Of a stretch of DNA of 64,000 nt, positions 56,843-64,000 are shown one piece after another (position 1 is the first letter of the stretch; each line of letters begins with the position of its first letter). Source of the stretch: the human T2T-CHM13v2.0 reference genome, Homo sapiens. The stretch lies in NCBI RefSeq assembly GCF_009914755.1, contig NC_060945.1; one strand, written 5' to 3'. The position numbers were made by a program, and so were the translations under genes. Under the pieces are notes generated by a model, which made no database searches, had not been told where the DNA came from, and saw nothing but the letters and a program-made list of their open reading frames with translations.

Positions 56843-57139
56843 TATTGCAAGGGCCACCAAAGACTTGTACAGTGAAGCTACAAAGGAGACACAGTGTTTA
56901 CTATACTCACTTGACTAGATAGTTCTAGGTACCTTCAACAGCTTTATAATTCATTTGCTTTTGATAATTGTCTCTGGTGTTGCTGGTTGACATCTTCTAT
57001 TGCATATGGACAATGATCATCTATAATGTCAGGATAATCGCAGGCCTCTAATTAAAAATGAGGAACATAATATTCTGTGACTATAAGCCTGGGAAGGATT
57101 ATCCTGCTCAAGCACATGGCCTTCAAAGAATATACTGTA

Positions 57140-57370
57140 CAGTCGCCCCTGGTATCCAAGGCAGACTGGTTCCAGGACCTCCATGGATACCAAAATGTGT
57201 GGATGCTCAAGTCCCTTAGTCAGCCCTGTGGAACCCGTGGATACAAAAAGCTGGTTCTCTGTATTGGGGTTGGGGGATTGTTTCACATCCCCCAAATACT
57301 GAACTGTGTTCTCCATCTGCAGTTGGTTGAATCCCAGGAGGCAGAACCCATGGATACAGAGAGCTGACTG
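57140..57370. mobile_element. TcMar-Tigger MITE (MER2/MER8-like)
   Basis: TIRs CAGTCGCCCCTGGTATCCA / TGGATACAGAGAGCTGACTG. TA target duplication on both sides. Confidence 0.85.
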
Positions 57371-58029
57371 TATTCAATTTTTGCACTAGATTGTATCAAG
57401 TTTCCTTGGACTATTCAGATCCAATTTCTGGGGCCATCACACATGCCCTGATCTTGCCTAACCCTTCAGAGAGCCTCTTCTGATGGAAGGAGCATGGGTG
57501 AAGGAGTTAACAACAGACACGTGAAAATTTTGGTTTTGGTTCTTAGAAAAGCCATTTAACCTTGCTTAAGATTTATTAATGGGTTCCAGCCACAGGCATT
57601 CTGACTTGGTAGGTACAGGATGGTTTCTGGTTGTTCATGTCTTTTTGTAAAGTTCCACAAGTGATTTTCATGTGTGGTAGGACCGTTAATATGCAGAGTT
57701 CGATAAAGTGGAAGTGATTGCTTTGAGGGTTACATAACACTCCCTGCCTCTTAGCCACTGTAGCTTTTTGTTGAAATATTGAGTGGCCTTATTCACATTT
57801 ATGAGTTTTTGTGAGAACCATGCGCTGCTAAAGAGATAAGACAGGCTACTGGCATCAGACAGATTTAAAGGTCTGAATATACTCTCCCTTACATCATTTC
57901 CAGACTGTGTTCCGTAAAACTCTAGGTCTCAACAAAAATGCTTCTGATTTTTTAATAAATGTTTGATTTAAATTTCATTTTTATTTATTATTGACAAAAA
58001 TTTATATATTATATATTTACAGTGTACAT

Positions 58030-58142
58030 TGTATGTATGTGTGTATATGTATGTGTGTATATGTGTATATGTATATTTTTATATGTATGGTTATATATAT
58101 ACATAAATATATATAGTGTATATATAAGTACAAATATACATG
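58030..58142. repeat. Degenerate (TA/TG)n low-complexity repeat
   Basis: Directly visible. Confidence 0.85.
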
Positions 58143-58721
58143 TTTAATGGTTCAGAGCCCTCAATAGACAATGCCATTATGCTCAAATTCAGCTAAATAT
58201 TGACCCATTGGAATAACCAGCACATTAACTTGAACTTTATAGTGTATCTTTTTTGGGGGAGCGGGTGGAAGTGGAGTGGGGGAAGGTCAATCTTAGAAGA
58301 AATATTTTTCTGTAATATTTAAATGTCTAATAAATATATAATTGAAATAAAAGTATTAATTTTGCATTATTTTTAAATTATCCAGTCTAATGCATATCTG
58401 CAAAAGTAAAATAATACTAGAAAATGTACTCTTTCCATACCTGTCATTAGGGTAAAGATTAAGGTCATCTACTCAGTGAAAGATGTTAATTTCACTTGTG
58501 AAGTAACAACTAATGTCATTATATCTCATTGGGATGATTTGTTAGCTATATCAAGCACTTGCTATAGGTAAAGCATGACAGCCTTGTTTTTAAGTAATTC
58601 AACTTTGAAACAAAATTGCTCACTGCAACGTTTTTAAAATATTTGAATTGGCTTAGCCTGTCCTGAGATTGCAAAGAGAGACACTGAATGACTGGTGTCA
58701 TTATAATTGCTTATTTATGTA

Positions 58722-58963
58722 TGTCTGCTTTTCTTAGAGAAATAAAATATTTGCAAGGTTGATATGGAAACAGACAAGCATAATGCATACTTAAAAATTT
58801 TTTTAATAAATTTTTAAAAATTAAAAAAATAAATACTTTTTTATTTTAAATTAAATTTTAAAGAATAAATTTAAAAAAATTTAAAAAAGTGTCGGTATTT
58901 TCTTAGAGAAATAAAATATTTACCAAGGTTGATGTGGAAACAAACAAGCATAATCTATACTTA
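58722..58963. repeat. About 70-bp direct duplication separated by an AT-rich spacer
   Basis: TTTTCTTAGAGAAATAAAATATTT...CAAGCATAAT.(C/T)ATACTTA at 58729-58793 and 58898-58963. Confidence 0.92.
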
Positions 58964-60095
58964 GTTTTAAAAAATTATTCAGCAGAGCTTCATTTTCTGA
59001 ATGATTGATTCTGCCATAAATTTTAACTTACCAAACAAACTCATACCAATAAAAGCTGTTCGTATCTGATTGTGGACTGTGATGAGTGTATGAGTGAGAT
59101 TTTATTTAGTAAACAGTTTTCCTTGCTAAAAATTAAAATATCTGATAACCGTGAATCTTATAGGTCTATACCCATTGAAAACCATGTTGTTTAATAGGCC
59201 TAAAAGAATGACTGTATAACATGAGTTGGCTAGTTGAGCCTTAATGACTATAATTGCATCCTTCTCTTTCAAAATAAACTCTATTTTCTCAATTCTGTCT
59301 CAGGGCTGTTTAGCACCTAAGCTATTTCATTTCAGATGTTTCTGGAACAATTTGGCATGCTGGTTTTCCCTCTATTTCTTCAAGTTTTCCTATAGAACAA
59401 GTCAATGTCTGGTTAATTAATTCATTGTTTCATTTAATTTTTATTATGATCTAGGCACTTTTCTAGAAATAGGATACAAAAATGATAAAAAGGACTTTAG
59501 AGATTCTTGTACTCAATTGTTATACCCGGTGGTTAATATCTTTTTCTTCCATGAGCCCATTAAGTTTTTGCTGTTGTCATTATGAATTCATTTGGTTGTT
59601 TTCTTTTCTTTCTCTGTTAATATCCCTTCAAGATATCTAGGCTATATATATTACCTTCCTAAATCACCGTGTGGAGCAGGGTAGACCAGCTTTTTGCTCC
59701 CACAGGTGGACCAGGGAAAGAAGCTAGACACGTATGTTCAGGAGTTTCCCACAGGATATTGTGAAGCTTAAATCATACCAAGAGATTGTCCTGCCCAGAA
59801 GCCAGGGGGATGGACTGTTAGGTCCCTTTTCAGTTAGCCATTGGCTATGAGGCAGCCCAGGAGTGGTGGTGGGGCGGAGTTAACTTGGTATGCATCTCCA
59901 GTTGAGTTAGCTCCTGTCTTGGTATAAGCTGTTAGCAGCCAACTACCGCAGCATCTAAGGGGTGAATACAGTGGTTCAGTGAAAGGAATCTGGGTAGGGC
60001 ACCAAGAAGTTATGTTGCAGATATTTTGAGAAGTGGGTAAATTTCACTGTAATAGAAATGTGATATTTGAGAAAGATGGATAACTGGTAGAGGCA

Positions 60096-60624
<529 letters not shown>

Positions 60625-62012
60625 CTGTTTAGTTTCTTTGTAAAAACTTTATCACCTAATAGTGCCAATACTGTGTCTTGAATATGAAATTATACAATTA
60701 CGGCACTAAGATGACTCATTAGTCCAGGGATATGGTTATATTTGATCACACAACCTACAAGTTCTGTCATTATTCCATCCCACATAGTAACAAGGGTATG
60801 TAATCCCTGGATTGCCATTACCAGGTCGCAAATGGACCACCCTCATGACCCCATCATCAGCCATTGGTAATGATAAAAGAATAATGGAGACACCCCGACA
60901 AGGCACACATTGATTCAATTTTCAATGAACACAGACCCTGAAAGTGGCAAGAGTCTTTGGTGTTTTTTCCCCACATTTCAAATACAAGTGCACCTGTGTA
61001 TCCATTCATAGAGATTGAGCATTTAATCTCTATGAACTTTATTAATCTACCTGAAGACCTCCTAAATTCACCAGTCCAGTCTAATCTGGTGATGAAGCTG
61101 AAATGTCAGGAACTATGAGACATAGAATTGAGGCTTCATTATGTATGAGGCCCCACTGGGGCCAGGAACCTACTAGGCATCACTTGTTGGGGAAAAGAGC
61201 TCCTAAATTGAACATTGATTTCAAACTACAGTAAAAACTGGCTAGAATGCTAACTTTGCCCCCAAGATAAATCATAGTGTAGAGTTACTTCTAAATCTTA
61301 CTTATTAACCCAAATCAACATAATGACAACATCTATCACTTCTGGAATAGGACAAGTTTCTATTAGATCCTTACAAGCTTCCACTGTTCCCTGACTAATT
61401 AGTTAAAACTTCATCAAGACCAAATTACAAGGAAAAAACTTACGGTTTCCAAATACTTCTAAGAAATCACCAGCTCTTCCCTCTGGAACAACACACTCAG
61501 TGATGACCCAATAGTTCAGGATGCATCACATTAGGCCAAGATCCACTGTTAGACCAAGATGCCACCAAAACCAAACCACAGCTTTCAGCATCCACCATGT
61601 CGTTCCTATGCCAAAAAGGCCACAGACAGAAGTCAGAGGCCTTGCTAGTCCCTAAAGAACAGCACTAGACTCCATGAATTGTCAACAGTTGCACAAAGGA
61701 ATAAGTAAGTTCCAACCACCAGGCCCAACCCACAAGTTTCACTATTATAAATATCCAAAAGAGAGCTCTTTCACCTTTGCCTGGCAACAGACCTTCACAC
61801 TAAATCAATGCACTTAGCCTTGCAATGGTCTGTGCACTGCCTTCTCCTCAAACCAGACTCAAGTTAAGGTTTGGCAGGTCATCCAAAGCTTTTGACCAAT
61901 TTCTTCTTGCCAAATCCAAGCCCAGGGAAACTCTGCTTGCTCTTCCACTGAAGAGATTTCAGATCCCAGGATCCTCATCTTTCTAATGATAATCGTTTTC
62001 CTTATAAGAACC

Positions 62013-62406
62013 TGTATTCGTCCATTTTCACACTGCTATAAAGAAATACCGGAGACTGGGTAATTTATAAAGGAAAGACGTTTAATTGACTCACAGTTCC
62101 ACATGGCTTGGGAGGCCTTAGAAACTTACAATCATTGCAGAAGGTGAAGGAGAAGTAAGTACCTTGTTCACCGGTGGCAGAAAAGAGAAAGAGAATGAAG
62201 GGGGAAGAACCTATTATAAAACCATCAGATCTCGTGAGAATTAACTCACTATCACGAGAACAGGATTGGGGGAAACAGCTCCCGTGATTCAGTTATCTCC
62301 ACACAGGAAATAAGACACACGCATATGTCCCTCCCGTGACACGTAGGGATTATGGGAACTACAATGCAAGATGAGATTTGCGTGGGGACACAGCCAAACC
62401 ATATTA
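62013..62406 (-). mobile_element. MaLR solo LTR (THE1C/D-like)
   Basis: TGTATTCGTCCATTTTCACACTGCTATAAAG...GGGGACACAGCCAAACCATATTA. Confidence 0.92.
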
Positions 62407-62798
62407 ACACCTAACAGTTTATACAAATTGAAAGCTCACACAGACTTTACTTTCAAGTAGAGATGATCCTAATGAAAATATAAGGGTCAAGTTTTCTTTG
62501 TATTATCCTTTCTATCTGTTGCCACAGCCCCTGATCCTGACAGTACCTTCTTAGTTCAGCCCTTCCTGGTGCTTAAGCATGACACTTAGGTGTAATGATG
62601 TTTTTCAGGATGAAAAGTGTTATTAGTTCTATCCTCTCTTTGGCTTGCAAACTGGTAAACCTGATAAAGAAATGTGCTCCAGAAACATTTTAACTGTGGC
62701 TTTTTTATTTATTAGTTTTTTTGAGGATAATGTCCTTACCTTGTTTGCTAATTTTCTGGTGGTTTTCACACACTAAGCCATGACAGGCTTAAATTACT

Positions 62799-63400
62799 TC
62801 AGCCACCATGGAAAGCAGTCTGGATATTCCTCAAAAAACTTGAAACTACCATTTGACCCAGCAATCCCATTATTGAATATATACTCAAAGGAGTACAAAT
62901 CATTCTACCAGAAAGACATATGCATATGTACGTTCATTGCACCATTATTTACATTAGCAAAAACATGGAATCAATCTAGGTGCCCATCAATGGTAGACTG
63001 GATAAAGAAAATGTGGTGCATATACACCATGGAACACTATGCAGTCGTAAAAATAATGAGATCATATCCTTTGCAGCAACATGACTGGAGCTTGATGCCA
63101 TTATCCTTAGAAAACTGATGCAGGAACAGAAAATGAAATACTGAATATTTTTACTTGTAAGTGGGAGCTAAACATTGAGTCCATATGGACAAAAAGAAAG
63201 GAACAATAAACACAGGCCTACTTGAAAGGGGATGGTGGGAGGGGAGTGAGGATTGAAAAACTACCTATTAGGTATTATGCTGATTACCTGGGTGACAAAA
63301 TTGTCTGCACACCAAATCCCCGTGACATGCAATTCACCGCTGTAACAAACCTGCACACGTACCCCTTGAGCCTAAAATAAAAAATGAAAATAAAAACATA
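62799..63400 (+). mobile_element. 5'-truncated L1 (old L1PA/L1PB): ORF2 C-terminus remnant, 3' UTR and A-rich tail
   Basis: Translation LPFDPAIPLLNIY...TWNQSRCPSMVDWIKKMWCIYTMEHY matches the L1 ORF2p C-terminus. Ends aacctgcacacgtacccc...aaaataaaa. Confidence 0.93.
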
Positions 63401-63425
63401 AATTATAAAAGAAGAAAGTTATTTA

Positions 63426-63726
<301 letters not shown>

Positions 63727-63824
63727 AAAGTTATTTAAAGAACCAAAATGATGAAGATGCAGATCACATTTTTGTGTTTTACTATGAAGATGCAAATACA
63801 GCAAACACTATGACCAATAACTGC

Positions 63825-64000
63825 CATTTATGAAGCACCTGCTGTCTGCCAGACATTTTAGGTGCAATATAATATTCAGCTGTAACAATAACCCTAAGAA
63901 ACAACTACTATTATCCTCATTATACATTTAACTCAACTGATGTTCAGAAATGTACATCATTTGTCCATAGCCAAGTAGTAATTAACAGAACTGCTGTTAG
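63825..64000 (-). mobile_element. MIR SINE fragment (runs off window end)
   Basis: atttatgaagcacctgctgtctgccagaca...aacaataaccctaag...ctattatcctcattataca. Confidence 0.6.

Noticed and set aside
60650-62010. Unassigned moderately GC-rich segment suspected of being a retroviral or processed-pseudogene remnant
   Set aside because: No recognisable protein motif, poly-A tail or TSD by eye; needs a Dfam/BLASTX search.
62780-63118. 112-aa ORF similar to L1 ORF2p C-terminus
   Set aside because: Remnant of a 5'-truncated old L1, not an independent gene.

Overview
Primate DNA, almost certainly human, covering the 5' half of ADAMTS5 (aggrecanase-2; chr21q21 from recall) on the minus strand plus about 34.5 kb of upstream intergenic sequence. 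Coding exon 1 (28778-27675), exon 2 (17284-17152) and exon 3 (5973-5806) splice in frame with canonical GT-AG boundaries. Together they encode the signal peptide, prodomain, furin site RRRRR261/S262 and the metalloprotease domain (HEIGHLLGLSHD, split by intron 2). Later exons lie beyond position 1. A TATA box and CpG island mark the promoter near 29.5 kb, and intron 2 carries the MIR4759 hairpin. The rest is Alu, MIR, L1, L2, MaLR/ERVL LTRs, DNA transposons and simple repeats. Almost all other ORF-track entries are repeat or GC artefacts. I found no evidence of a new multi-gene system. The most unusual observations are: a MaLR provirus with two LTRs from different families (MLT1 and MLT2) inside one apparent target-site duplication; a 55-aa uORF and latent splice sites in the ADAMTS5 leader; a strand-symmetric miRNA hairpin; an in-frame skippable catalytic exon; an apparent R44S variant; and a TACGTG-rich VNTR. 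Repeat subfamily calls are from recalled consensus sequences, not from a search.
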